A stretch of 63,623 nt of DNA, taken from Octopus bimaculoides (taxonomy: Eukaryota). Numbering within the stretch: position 1 is the first letter of the stretch; each line of letters opens with the position of its first letter. The notes under the pieces were generated by a model, which ran no database searches, was not told the DNA's origin, and saw only the letters and a program-made list of their open reading frames with translations. Both the position numbers and the translations under genes were made by a program. This document shows positions 37,534-51,335 of this stretch, piece by piece. The stretch spans positions 125,626,297-125,689,919 of the forward strand of contig NC_068985.1 of assembly GCF_001194135.2 (NCBI RefSeq), written 5' to 3'.

Positions 37534-39475
37534 AGCTGCTGCTGATAATGATGATGATGATGGAGCTGGAAATAGTATTCATTGTATTGATTGCATTAGT
37601 GATGGTGGTGGTGCTTGTATTGCTGCTGCTGCTGTTGTTGTTGTTGCTGATGATGATGATGATGAGGAGGAGGAGGAGGAGGGGCAAGAGCAGGAGCAGG
37701 AGTAGGAAGAGGAAGAGGAAAAAGATGGAGNNNNNNNNNNNNNNNNNNNNNNNNNNNNNNNNNNNNNNNNNNNNNNNNNNNNNNNNNNNNNNNNNNNNNN
37801 NNNNNNNNNNNNNNNNNNNNNNNNNNNNNNNNNNNNNNNNNNNNNNNNNNNNNNNNNNNNNNNNNNNNNNNNNNNNNNNNNNNNNNNNNNNNNNNNNNNN
37901 NNNNNNNNNNNNNNNNNNNNNNNNNNNNNNNNNNNNNNNNNNNNNNNNNNNNNNNNNNNNNNNNNNNNNNNNNNNNNNNNNNNNNNNNNNNNNNNNNNNN
38001 NNNNNNNNNNNNNNNNNNNNNNNNNNNNNNNNNNNNNNNNNNNNNNNNNNNNNNNNNNNNNNNNNNNNNNNNNNNNNNNNNNNNNNNNNNNNNNNNNNNN
38101 NNNNNNNNNNNNNNNNNNNNNNNNNNNNNNNNNNNNNNNNNNNNNNNNNNNNNNNNNNNNNNNNNNNNNNNNNNNNNNNNNNNNNNNNNNNNNNNNNNNN
38201 NNNNNNNNNNNNNNNNNNNNNNNNNNNNNNNNNNNNNNNNNNNNNNNNNNNNNNNNNNNNNNNNNNNNNNNNNNNNNNNNNNNNNNNNNNNNNNNNNNNN
38301 NNNNNNNNNNNNNNNNNNNNNNNNNNNNNNNNNNNNNNNNNNNNNNNNNNNNNNNNNNNNNNNNNNNNNNNNNNNNNNNNNNNNNNNNNNNNNNNNNNNN
38401 NNNNNNNNNNNNNNNNNNNNNNNNNNNNNNNNNNNNNNNNNNNNNNNNNNNNNNNNNNNNNNNNNNNNNNNNNNNNNNNNNNNNNNNNNNNNNNNNNNNN
38501 NNNNNNNNNNNNNNNNNNNNNNNNNNNNNNNNNNNNNNNNNNNNNNNNNNNNNNNNNNNNNNNNNNNNNNNNNNNNNNNNNNNNNNNNNNNNAGAGAAGG
38601 AGGAGGGAGAGAAGGAGGAGGGAGAGAAGGAGGAGGGAGAGAAGGAGGAGGGAGAGAAGGAGGAGGGAGAGAAGGAGGAGGGAGAGAAGGAGGAGGAGGA
38701 TAGTGGTGATGCTTGATACTGACTGCGGTGGTGGTCATAGAGAGGTGGCATTGCATTTGTACTGACGATAGTAACGGTAGAAGATCGACAATGGCGTCGT
38801 ACCTGTTACCATACCAGGGCGATGGTAACTGGCATCTAGTGTCGGAGTGGTATCTACCGTAGTACTGGTGTGGTAGCGACGACAGCTGTCGTGTACTTGT
38901 AGTCGAAAGTGAAGTGTGCTTATAGTGTTTGTGGTGTTGGCGTTTCATGTAGATGTTAGTGGCATCGTGACCGACAAAGTGGTTTGAATAATAAAAGAAT
39001 GAGATACAAGTGTGTGGAGGTGGGGAAGGGTTGACAGGAAATGCTGGTGTCAGTGTTGTGAAGTGTTCAGGCTTTGTCCAAGCCCTCACCACCATCTCCG
39101 CCACCAGCCACACTGACTGCGATTCTCACCATCACTGTTTTCTAATCCCTGGTCCCAAATTTGTGACGTTGCACCTTCGTTAGAAACAACAAAAACAGCA
39201 ACGTCTCCGCCTCCTCCCCCTCCTCCTCCTCCTCCTCCTCCTACTACTACTACTACTACTAATACTACTACTACTACCACCACCACCATCACGACAACGA
39301 CAACTACCACTACCGCTACAACTTCTACTACCACCACCACCACCTCCACCACTACTACCAGTACTACTACTATTATCAAGATGACCAACACCACCACTTC
39401 TACCACCACCATCACTACCTCAGCAATTACCACTGCCACTACCACCATCACCGTCAAACTACTACTAGCACAACC

Positions 39476-39537
<62 letters not shown>

Positions 39538-39621
39538 AACTGCTGCTATTGCTACTACTACAATTATTATGACGACGACGACCACTACTACTACAAACAC
39601 TACCTAAGCAACTACAACAAG

Positions 39622-39680
<59 letters not shown>
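36000..39680. repeat. Trinucleotide low-complexity domain (CAT/CAC/GTG/CTA/GCT/GAT) including a 15-bp (AGAAGGAGGAGGGAG)n array at 38593-38698
   Basis: Read directly; two N-gaps inside. Source of the 390-505 aa spurious ORFs. Confidence 0.9.
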
Positions 39681-40387
39681 TTGTCATTCGTTGTTTGAAA
39701 AGTACATAAGTTTCCTTTGTAAGAGAATTACGTCCGTCTTCGAAAAAAACTTGCATAAAATGTCAAGTTTTAACAAATGCTCTTTGAGAATGTCGTAATG
39801 AAATTTACAGATTCCGTTATTGCTGTTTTCTGGAATGTGCCATGTCTATCCTTATATGTAATCTGTCAATGTCTTTACAGAAATGGTTGTACGTCACAGC
39901 AGTTTTACTAGTTACTAATGAGATGATAGACACATTCTTTAATTACTAAATGTTTATAATTCAGCGGTTAGGTCGATGTAAATCTTTAGCTTTTCAGCTC
40001 AGTTTTGCATAACATTAGAGACATTAGGTATTGTCATGTTGATAATTAGTATACTGTTGTTATTTTTGTCATGTAGAATGGCCTGCATACGATGTTCTCT
40101 CTGATGGTTTCCCTGTATAATGAAATCTAGTAATATTTTCGCATTGACATTTTCTAAGACAGCTGGAGGTTCACACGAGTACAACAAAGCCTTTTCCTTG
40201 AAATATTTCAAGCTGAGTGACATGGCGTGTATAGAGCGGCTTTGCTATGTTATTGTGAGTTGTCCAGGTGTGTATGGTCGGAACTAATGAAGGACAGCGG
40301 GTACAGTGTAGTTTATTGTTTCAAAAAAATACACCAGACGGCCAAAGTTTGCGATGAGTGTATGTGTGTACGAGCGCGTGCATTTGT

Positions 40388-40429
<42 letters not shown>

Positions 40430-40434
<5 letters not shown>

Positions 40435-40509
40435 TTACATTGTGTATAAAACCTAGATGGCTGTTTTAATCTAATACTGCTTATGTTGCATATAACCAAT
40501 ATGCTGCTG

Positions 40510-40542
<33 letters not shown>

Positions 40543-40644
40543 CCATCACTACCACTGCTATTACCTGCAACATATTCGTTATATGCAACAGAAGTAGTAT
40601 TAGATTAAAACAGCCATCTAGGTTTTATACAGAATGTAAATACA
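40430..40644. repeat. Long fold-back: 87-bp arms (80/87 identical) around a (GTA)n-rich loop
   Basis: 40430-40516 is the reverse complement of 40558-40644 with 7 mismatches. Confidence 0.95.
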
Positions 40645-40731
40645 TCGCGAAGAGCAAATTTACAACGGCATTCCTCCGGAGATAGCATCTCTCATGGATG
40701 TGCTGTCCTTAAAATCGCAATATATATATAT

Positions 40732-40793
<62 letters not shown>

Positions 40794-41159
40794 TGCAAAC
40801 GGAAATCGTCCGAGTAGCAGGTGGCGTGAACGCTAGATGCACATTTCTGACTCTTTGGGCGTAGTTAGTAGATTGTACTCAAAACCAACCACATGTTAAG
40901 ATGAAATCTGTCGCCACCGATATAAGAAAGCAATGAATCAACAAAGACTGGTATTGAAACCCTGTTGTATAAAAATCTGCTATCAGATATTTTTCTAGTT
41001 TTCCAATACATATATTTCCAAAAGTTTTCTTGATGCAGAAAACATCGACCTTCGTGTATTTGAGTGGGACAAATCCATTGTACTTCAGGCTTCCGCTACT
41101 ACAAGCCACTTGGTGCAACCCTCAGGCATCAGTCTGCCGACCGGTGTCCTCGGGTGTGG

Positions 41160-41934
41160 TCCTCCTGCCATGTGGTATTTCTTTGTTTAGTAGTGTTTCT
41201 TCCTTGTTCATCATTTTTTGTGGTTGCTGAATCGAAGGAACAGCGTTGAAATTCTATTTTCTTCTGGGGAAAACGGCGGCCGAAACCCGAAACAGTTGTC
41301 ATGCTTCAAATACCTGACAAGGACGGTGTCAGGAGTAAAGCACAAGTTTACGAGTGGTTTGCACGCTTTAGGAATGGTCACTTGTCGCTTGAAGACCAAC
41401 CTCATTCAGGGCGACCATCGACCTCACGAAGGAGTGAAAACTTCAAGAAAATTCATGAACTGATCTTGGAGGACTGTCACCAAACAATTGACGAACCTTT
41501 TGATTTGATTGGTGTGTCCTGGAGCATCTGTCAACAAATTTTGAGCAAGGAATTGCGAATGAAAAGAGTTGCAGCAAAATTTGTATCGCGCTCGCTCACG
41601 GAATATCAAAAGCAGTCACGACTGAACGCGCATCTGGAACTGAAAGAACAGTTGGAAGTTGATCCGGACCTTTTTCCCGAGGGTCATCACTGGTGATGAA
41701 AGCTGGTGCTACGGAATTTGCAGATGCGGAAGAGGTGAAGAAAAAACGAAGGAGGCGTTAAAAGGCACCACTTCGCAAGAGTTCCAACACTGCTTCGAAC
41801 AGTGGAAAACGCGTCTGGACCGGTGCATTGCTTCAAGTGGAGAATACTTTGAAGACGATAAAAGTGCAAAAATGTAAAACTAGGTAAATAAAATAATACT
41901 GCAAAATTCCAGTTTCTTTTGAGTACCCCTCGTA
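41160..41934 (+). mobile_element. Internally deleted mariner element
   Basis: KAQVYEWFARFRNG..EDQPHSGRPST; MKRVAAKFV; VITGDESWCYG joined directly to the C-terminal FEQWKTRLDRCIASSGEYFE. Right TIR TTTTGAGTACCCCTCG followed by TA at 41933-41934. The left end is not resolved. Confidence 0.9.
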
Positions 41935-43267
41935 TATCTTGTTCCCTTATCTATTATTGCTTTCTTCAGGGCTTCAAAGTTACATCTAGCTCTGAGTTAT
42001 TTTCTATCCAGTTATACGCATATGCTTTAGCAGTCTCGATTACAGAGTAGAATGTGAGGGGAAGATGGGCTTGCATTTTCTTAAATTTATTACCTTTGTC
42101 GCATTAGTGAAAGAAAAAAATATGGCTATCTATACGTTATTGATGAACTTATTCTTATTTTTATCGTTGCTGTTGTTTCTACTGTTGTTAGTATTCTTGT
42201 GCTAGATTTTGCGGCAAATGCTGTTATAGGTGATAATCATAAGATGATGACCTAAATGTTGCACTTGCCCCAGCGTTTAACAAAGCAGTGCGTTGTTTGC
42301 TTTCATTTTAGACCAGGGTTAACCTTAACCCGACAATTCAGCCTTGACCAACACCTTAATAACTTTTTTTCTAGTCACTGTATTTTCATTATTCAATTTA
42401 TCCTCAATCGTCTATTCTTAAGGACACTAAGTAATGTGTAATTTGAGGGAGTTTGCGGTGTTATGTCTAGCGGGTCGAGAGCGCGCGTAGAGATACCGTT
42501 GTTAGATGTTATAATTGTTATAAGTTTTAGAATCATTGTAACTTTTATTGTTAATGTTAATGATGTTCTCTTTGTAGTTGTGTTTGCTTTATGATAAAAT
42601 GCAATTTTCTGTCTGTGTTGTGGTTAGTGTTGAGTTTCTTGATATCGTTGAAATTGTTTTTGTTGATGATGTTATTGTTGTTGCTGTTTATATCAGGGAT
42701 AAAACTATGGGAAATATTTAGCTTGTATCTCATAAAAAGGCTTTCTTTGTTTAACTCGGAAATCTTTCTCACATATATGTACGCGCTTCATATAAACTCT
42801 CAGACAAATGTACACACACACACACACATCTATGCTTGTGTGTATAGGCATGTATATGTGTTTATATATATAAGTATGTATATGTATGTATATACATGTG
42901 TGCATGTATATGTGTGTGTATGTGTGTATATGTGTGTGCTTGCGCACGCGCGTAAGTGCGCGTGTTCATACAAGTATACACACATAAATACTTAAAATAA
43001 ATCTTGTAATAATTCAAACATTACGCAGAAATGCAATAATACTTTTGTATGCAGAAATGTCGCTCTCTCCCTCTCTCTCTCTCTCTCTCTCCCTCTCTCT
43101 CTTTAACTCTTGCTCTTGTCTCTCTTTCTCGCTCTCTCTCACGCACGCACACATACATATATACACACATTGACGCACGAATGTTTTTCTGCTCTTAGAG
43201 TCAGAGAAATGTTTACTAGCACTTTACACACTCACACACTAGCCCAATCATACACACACGCACATGC

Positions 43268-43324
<57 letters not shown>

Positions 43325-43494
43325 TATGTAATATATACGTATGTATGTATATAGACACACAGGTATAAACATGCATGTATACCGTGAAAAATTGCTTTTC
43401 CCTGTTATTTTAGATGACTTTTATATAAATCTGCAAGTAATTATACGTGATAGGTCTAAACTCTAAGCGTTTTAGTTTTCATGCGCGCGCGCAT

Positions 43495-43578
<84 letters not shown>

Positions 43579-45148
43579 CAACACACACATACATACACAC
43601 ACACCATACAAGCAGACATACACACGGGTGCATGCACGAATATGATACACGCGTAGACATATACAAATTACATAGCCTTTTGAAAATGAGCTGTACCTTT
43701 CACAACTTGTCCTTGCATTTCCACAATTAGCATTAACAATTACCAGCCGTTTGGGTAGAAGTTAGCAACGATCGCCAATTGTTATATAACAATGAAATTG
43801 ATCAGGTTGACACGTATCCTATACTGCTGAATACACGCCTAAGTCAGTCAGTCTGATTTGCATCACAGTATTGGCGCTCACAATGTAAAGTTTTAATTAA
43901 GAGAGATTACACAACGTCTTTTAAATAATTTATAACCTTTCGTTACGCATATAATTTAGCGTGTCATGAAAAGTAAACGAACTGGTTACAGCACAGCTTT
44001 TATAATTTCGAAAGAAGAAAATGACCATAGTTTTATCAGTTTCTTATTGTATTATAGCAAGTCACAAAAGCGGCAATATGACGTAATGGTCGTTTGCTCG
44101 AACAAGCATAATTGTTGGTAATCCCATTGGTTAAACTTACCACTCATATTTGAATCCTAAACTTTCGTCAAAGAGAATTCTTTCACGAAATACGGTTCTT
44201 AGAATTCAGGTATGAGCAGTTATAAAGATCCTGATTTTGGGGAAGTTAATCAGTGTTCGTAGGATGTTACTAAACTCCACGACACTCACTCCTTGAGATA
44301 TTGGCTATTTTTTATGCCATGTCAATGATAAAAATCCAACAAGACTTATTTGAATTGTGAACTCTAGTAGTTAGTATGAAGGATTAGCTAGTGTGAATTT
44401 TAAGTCATAATTCTCTACGACAAAATGGCTTTACTTTCCAATTGTACTATAAATGCTAAATGTACATAAATAAACTAATATAGTAATTATTTTCTCTTTC
44501 TTCACGTTCTTCAACTTGTTAATGACATTTATTTCAGCAATTAGAACCTTTTTGCAAAAAGAACGAGTTGTCGAAAATGCTCGTTTTTCTTAACTTGACA
44601 TTCCATTTAAATAAAATTAACTAGAAAAAAATTGATTCCAAAATGATTCAAAAATAGAATTCTCGAACAAAATAGATTCCAAAATTTAAAAAAACCGCGG
44701 GAACTTAGTTGCCAACCCAATATAATATATAGTGCATAGCTAAATCGACCTGGCTAATTTGCATAAGTGCATACACTGACAACATGGATTAATTAAGCAA
44801 ATAATAGTCGGATCTATCTTTTTTTAAATTTTTTCTCACAGATAGGATAATGAGTTTTAACTACGATATTTATTTTTACTGCTAGACTAGAAAACGTGTG
44901 TTTACTGAAAACGCCTGTATGTAAATTACATATCAATCCTAATGTCCTGCAGTGCTTCTGTTAAAGTATTCTTATACTAATTATTCTGATACTCTTTTAT
45001 GGCCCCAAAAATGAAAAAAAAATCACGTTTTGAACCAGGGTATCTTTTCGCATAGGAGTTAACTCTATGTATTTAATAACAGATTCACCGTAAGTTTACC
45101 TCTTTTTTTCCTAACGCCCTGTAATGCCTCTGTTGATATGCTCATGTG

Positions 45149-45185
<37 letters not shown>

Positions 45186-45419
45186 ATGTGTGTTTGTGTG
45201 TATTTGTGTGCTTGTGTGTGTGCGTGTGCATGTGTGCATGTGTGAGTGTGCGTGTATACGTCTGTAAGAACAGAGAGAATGAGAGAAGTGGGGATAGAGG
45301 TTCCTGGTCCATTTCTAATGGAGAGAAATGGCATTAATATGTATTTTATAAATAATTTTGTTTTCAGTTTTCAATAAACTGAATAATATTGACAAATGAA
45401 GTTTTACATAATAATCCAC

Positions 45420-45727
45420 AGCGCCTGAAATTTTTGGGGTGGGGATAAGTCGATTACATTGACCCCAGTGTGTAACTGGTACTTATTTTATCGAACGCGT
45501 AAAGTTGAAAGACAAAGCCAACCTCGGCGGAATTTGAACTCAGAACGTAGCGACAGACGGAATACCGCTAAGCATTTCGCCCGGCGCGCTAACGATTCTG
45601 CCAGCTCGCCGCCTTAAGGAAAGCGAAGTCGATCTCGGCGGAATTTGAACTCAAAACATAGCGACGGGCGAAATACCGCTGAGCATTTCGTCAGGCGCGT
45701 TAACTATTCTGCCAGCTCATCGCCTTC
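45420..45727 (-). mobile_element. Family A SINE plus a tandem duplicated head, abutting (AAT)n (45729-45805)
   Basis: CTCGGCGGAATTTGAACTCA...CTGCCAGCTC.CCGCCTT occurs twice (ends about 45615 and 45727). Confidence 0.9.
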
Positions 45728-45741
45728 ATAATAATAATAAC

Positions 45742-45807
<66 letters not shown>

Positions 45808-46039
45808 GATGATAACTATTTTTTTTTAAAGTCAGAAAGTTTTAAAAAATCAAATGAACATTTCGTCCTTTTATGCTTCCTCTGAGCATTTTTTAGATTT
45901 AAACAAAAATCACGAATTGTATTATGATTTCTCTCCGCAAGAAACAGAAATCAAATATAATATCTGAACTTATACATACATGCATACATACATACATACA
46001 TACATACATACATACATACATGCATACATACATAAAAAA

Positions 46040-46430
46040 GAATACTGATGGAATGTACCAGTGAAGACCTCAATTAAATGTAAGCACAACTGACCTGATA
46101 TAATGATTTTGGATAGAGAAGAGAAACTGTGCACAGTTGTGGAAATTAGCTGCCCAGAGGATGTTAACATAAAGCTGAAGATCAGTGAAAAAGATAACAC
46201 CCATGCTGAACTATTGAGAAATCTGCAGTTACTCTATCCAGATTACCATTTCAGGTTTATATTTGTAATTATTGCGGACCTGGGATATATAACGCACTGC
46301 CTAAATACCAATCTTCAGAAATTAAGCTTCTCAAAACCAGAAAGGAGAAAGCTAATTCGAAGACTACAGATCCAAGCCACCATTGGAACTATAAAAATCT
46401 GTAAAAGTTTCCAGTAGTTGATCACTTAAA
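46040..46430 (+). mobile_element. R4/Dong-like LINE 3' end: restriction-like (PD-D/ExK) endonuclease
   Basis: HN*PDIMILDREEKLCTVVEISCPEDVN...EK...L...L...LGYI...Q..IGTIKICKSF matches the RLE domain HNRPDI..D..E..CP.D.N..EK..GALG. 5'-truncated, next to (TACA)n. Confidence 0.85.
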
Positions 46431-47216
46431 CATGTATACATACATACACACATACATACAAACAACATAACATGCAACGCTGTACTCCAAATACTGCATA
46501 TATACACACATACATGCAAAAAAGCCCTGTTGATGTTGAAATTTGAATGAAGGAACTTTGGATCGAGGTTAGAAATCGACTCTTTCTCTGTTGACAAAAA
46601 AATCTTGAAATAAAACCGAATAATGACTTACATACGTACATACATACACACATACACAACACGCACATTTATGAATATTAATGTACCATATATCTGTATT
46701 TGTATACGTGTATGCACACACACACATGTATATAAACATTCACACATACACACTCACAAATATACACACGCTTGCTCACACAAATCTGGTAGTGATAGAA
46801 ACGGCGATGGCGTTGATGGTAGTGCCAATGATAGTGGAAATGCAGGAGAGGTTTGCAGTGATAAGGGTGCTGCTGATAAAAGCGGTTCTGTCTGATGCTG
46901 ATGGCACCAGTAGTCGTTGTTTATGTCTTCCGGCTTTCAGTTTCATGCTTGTTATATGTAATTAAAATATTCTATGAGGGTTCATTCTAAAATTGTACCT
47001 AGAATACATGTATTCACACCCGCACCGGTGCGCTCGCACACGCATTTACGCACCCACATATACATGTATATAATCTATTTATTTTCAATTAAATGTGAAT
47101 GTCGATACGCAGATTATAGGAACAAGGGGACAAACGTGGGATAGAAAGTCGTTGAAGAGATCACAGGATGTGTGACGAAAAAGCTTTGACAAAGAATCTA
47201 AAATAATAATAATAAC

Positions 47217-47258
<42 letters not shown>

Positions 47259-47439
47259 GCTGAAGTGAAGACCACTTATATAGAGCGTGTGTTTCATTGG
47301 CGAAATGTGATAATTTCCAAGTGTAACAATACAGATTATAAGTATTAAGAAACAATATAGGAATTAACAATATGTGAGCCTAAGTTCTCGACAACTATCT
47401 AGTTATATCATCTACTGCCGCATTCATGGGTCGCTCGAT

Positions 47440-47615
47440 CAGCTAGAAATATCATGCATATAATTCTTTAAAGACGGTATTGTCTTTAAAAAGAGAACAG
47501 TTTAGATCATATAGGCGTAGTTAACTCAAAAAAATTATAGGGATTACAGTCAAAAGGAGTCTTATTATAGATAGGCTCGGTTAGCGTTAACCTGGCCCAA
47601 ATAATAACAACTATT
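47440..47615 (+). repeat. Dispersed repeat family E (related copies near 19900-19985, 20040-20170, 35830-35900, 54760-54950)
   Basis: Shared degenerate 3' motif GATCAT/AG..CT..TCGATCAG.G.TGACCTGG.GCTAAACAACAAC. Class not determined. Confidence 0.45.
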
Positions 47616-48094
47616 ACAAAAACAGTTACGATTAAAATGAGGGAGCTCATAGTGGTCACTCGACATGTAGTGACGAGGGTGAACTTGTTAGTTTGTAGGG
47701 CCTGAGCAGAAACGCTAGGGGACAGAATCCTCGAGGACCAAGCCTCTTAGAAAAAATTTGCACCTCCCAACACCATCACACTACACCATACCAAACAATA
47801 CAACACACCACCACGCACACACCAGCACTGACCAACTCCCATCTCCACATTTTCACACCTATACATACACACACGCACACGTCAAGATCACTAGCCCTCT
47901 TTCACACGCACATACATGCTCTCTTATACACACGTGCACCTTCGTTTTGAGATCACTATTACTTTGTTAGCTTCCCTTATTCTTACCTCTCCTGTGTGAC
48001 CCTTCTCTGGGTTACCTAAAGTGTAATAGCATGGGCTGTGTTGGGTGGAGTGTAATGAAAATGGTTAGACGTGTTAGATATAATCTTTTCTAGT

Positions 48095-48292
48095 ACACGC
48101 ACAAGGTCTAAAATTTTGCGGGAGGGAGATAGTCGACTACATCGAACCCCACTGATATTTATCTCATCGACCCCGAAAGGGTGAAAAGATAAGTCGACCT
48201 CTGCGGAATTTATTTTCATAAAATAAAGCTGGACGAAAATCCACCAAGCCATTGTGCGCGGCGTGCTAACGATTCTGCCAGATCGTCGCCTT
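48095..48292 (-). mobile_element. Family A SINE
   Basis: TCATCGACCCCGAAAGGGTGAAAAGATAAGTCGACCTCTGCGGAATTT...TAACGATTCTGCCAGATCGTCGCCTT. Confidence 0.8.
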
Positions 48293-49813
48293 GAGTGTAT
48301 TGGATATGATAGTATGGATTATGGTATGGGCTGCAGTGAAGGGGTATGGAATGAATGCGGTGAAATGTAGTGACAATCACTGGATGTATTATTTATCATG
48401 ATACAGATTCGAGAACAGAATTGAAGTGGCATCAATTGTGCAGCGATATATTCTCTGTATCGTTCGAATTTTAGTCTATGTGTAACCGATGGACTGCGTG
48501 ACATCGAATGTGTAAGTTGGAGTGTAGCGACAGGGGCGGGATATGTTAGATGTAGCAGAGTGGCTTGCGCGTGCTGGAGACGTTACATGCCGCTGTCAAC
48601 ATTATTGTTGTTGACATGTCGACACGTTGACATGTTCTCTTTCTTTCGTTTCTCAGCTAATTATCGCACATAATAACTCACCTCATAGGAGACGGCCACT
48701 AAGCATATCCTGCACTTGTTATTTACCTTATCGCATCTGGCTCTCAGCAAAACTAATTTCGTCAGTAAGGAAGAAATCTTATAGATGTTGCCCCAGTTAT
48801 TATAATACTGTTCGTCTTTGTAATAGAGGGTTTGATTAGTTTACAAAGGAGGCCCTAATGTGGGGGGGGAAGTGAAAGTGTGGGAGCGTGGGTGGTGTGA
48901 CGACGTGGTAGCATGAGTAGTAGTAGNNNNNNNNNNNNNNNNNNNNNNNNNNNNNNNNNNNNNNNNNNNNNNNNNNNNNNNNNNNNNNNNNNNNNNNNNN
49001 NNNNNNNNNNNNNNNNNNNNNNNNNNNNNNNNNNNNNNNNNNNNNNNNNNNNNNNNNNNNNNNNNNNNNNNNNNNNNNNNNNNNNNNNNNNNNNNNNNNN
49101 NNNNNNNNNNNNNNNNNNNNNNNNNNNNNNNNNNNNNNNNNNNNNNNNNNNNNNNNNNNNNNNNNNNNNNNNNNNNNNNNNNNNNNNNNNNNNNNNNNNN
49201 NNNNNNNNNNNNNNNNNNNNNNNNNNNNNNNNNNNNNNNNAGAAGGAGGAGGAGGAGGAGAAGAAGAAGGAGAAGGAATAGGTGTAGAAGAGGCATTGAC
49301 AACTACACTAATTGTATATTGACAGGTGAAGCCGACGCATGTGGAGTGAGCTATGTTAGCGGCAAAGAGGTGTTGCTGGTGTTGGGGTTAGAGATGAATT
49401 CTGACAACGTTGGTGACAGTAAGGCAGTGGGGTGCGGGTATGGCACCGGTGTTTTTAGACGTAGTTTTGATCGTCTTGGGTACAGGAAGCGATAAAGATG
49501 GTAGTGGTAGTACTGGAGTAGTTAGCCGTAGTGGTAAGTATGGCACCGCGCCGAACTGCTTGTGGTGGTGGTGGTGGTGGTGGTTGTTGTGGTGGTCATG
49601 GTTGTGGTGGTGGTGGTGGTGCTGATTGTAATAGTGCTGATGGTATGGGGGCTTATTGTGGTACGGTAACTATGTTTTTGCTGGTGGTGCAAATAGTAGT
49701 GTTGTTGATACAGCTTGAGGCGGCGTTGTTGGCGGTGCTATGGTGGTGTATATGGGTGACGGACCCTTTTTACAGTTTTTTCAGTCACCAGAACTTTTTC
49801 AAATGATCTACAG

Positions 49814-51335
49814 CAGTGACTCACAACCGGGATTCATATGGCCCCTGGTGGTGGTCGCGGGAGTGGAGGCCGGGTAGTTGCGAAGGGTGGTAGCTGTGAA
49901 GGTGACTGTGGAGAGAGGTGGCTGTGTGGGTGCTGGGGTGGAGTTAGTGTGAAAAAGATATTGATATGATTGTTGTGGTGGGGTATGCTTTGGAGGTGAA
50001 GCGGAAGAATAGGAATCGAAAATTTTCAGCCACTGATTTTGGTGCTGTCGCAAGCGGGAGGCGGACTCATACTATGGTAGTGGGGTTGTAATGATTGTGA
50101 AGGATGTAATGGTGAATGGGACTGCAGCAAAGGAATTGGTGATACCTAGTATATAAGACAAGTGTCTAATTTATGTAATGTTAATATCGCTGACCATTGA
50201 CTCAGCCAATGACATTTTGACTCGTTTTGGTCGCTAAACTTAAGATACTCCCTCATGATAAACTAAACTAAATGGCATTTGGGTTTATCATTACCATTAT
50301 TCTGAATGTAGATCCTCGTAGGTTTGCTCAGAATCCAGATTTTAATATATGTATTAAAGGTCTGTCATAATTTCATTTCGACACCTGTTGTTTTCAAATC
50401 TTCCACAACCTAGCAGGATCGGTAAAACATCGAAGGTTATGCTTTATTTGATATTTAGTTCCAAATTTGGTGAGGTGTATATTTGATTGAGATTGGATCA
50501 GTATTTGGCTGTTAATTATTTCATCGTTCTTCTTGAAGGGGAAAAGCAAAGATGAACTTGTTATATATTTGAATTAAAAACATTAAGACACGCAACTAAA
50601 TACCAGGAAAACATAATGACCGTCGCTCTACTGAATCTGCCAAACTGCGTACAATTTAAAAATGACTCATGCTATGAGGAAATTATGACTTACTACTGTT
50701 TCAGCCATTAGAGTTACTGACATTCTACAAGTCTTAAGTGAGGTTATTGCCCACACACCAAGAACAATGCTACTGTCACATATCCGGAGAAAGTCGCATG
50801 TCTAATTGGCATTAAATCATTAACAGACACCTTCATACTGCGAGTACACGTATGTGCTGTCTCCCTTCTCTCTCATTTCTATTGTTACTATCATAGTCGC
50901 TGTTCGTGGGAGTTGGCTGTTTTCATACTTCCTTCACTCAAGCAACCCAATCCACTCGTCTCCACCCTCCGCACACTCATCATCCCTATTGCTTCAACCC
51001 ACAGCCGACTCTTAATCCCTGCACTAACCCTTAATCCCAGTCATTTCTCCCCAGTTCATCCAGCCTCTGGAATCTTCATCTTGCTCATGTTTTTCTTACC
51101 GCAGGTGTTGTTATGTAACACTCTAAACTGCTGGTTCTCAAACTTTTACCTCTTTGATTACAATTCTATTCTAAACCTAGCTGTTTCTTGCAACAAAATA
51201 CTTCTAAATCAAAACTTTTTTATGGACCCTTACTATACTACTGTGGGTCCTCGACTCACTATTTTGCTTGTATGGACCCCGCGAAATCTTTTATGGATCC
51301 CCTTTGGTCATATGGACCCCGGTTGAGAACCATTG
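49814..51335. mobile_element. Pair of hAT (Charlie-like) TIR ends, possibly one non-autonomous element of about 1.5 kb
   Basis: CAGTGACTCACAACCGGGATTCATATGGCC (49814) versus the reverse complement of GGTCATATGGACCCCGGTTGAGAACCATTG (51306-51335): 23/30. Flanks ATCTACAG and CTCTAATC share only NTCTA. Confidence 0.5.

Noticed and set aside
43680-45060. Repeat-poor stretch with octamer (ATTTGCAT), CCAAT and CRE-like motifs as an enhancer
   Set aside because: These short AT-rich motifs are expected by chance at this base composition; conservation or chromatin data would be needed.
48657-48770. Strong-looking acceptor (TTCTCTTTCTTTCGTTTCTCAG) and donors on both strands
   Set aside because: The signals are mutually inconsistent in strand and the peptide is unrecognisable; such motifs are common by chance in 60 kb.
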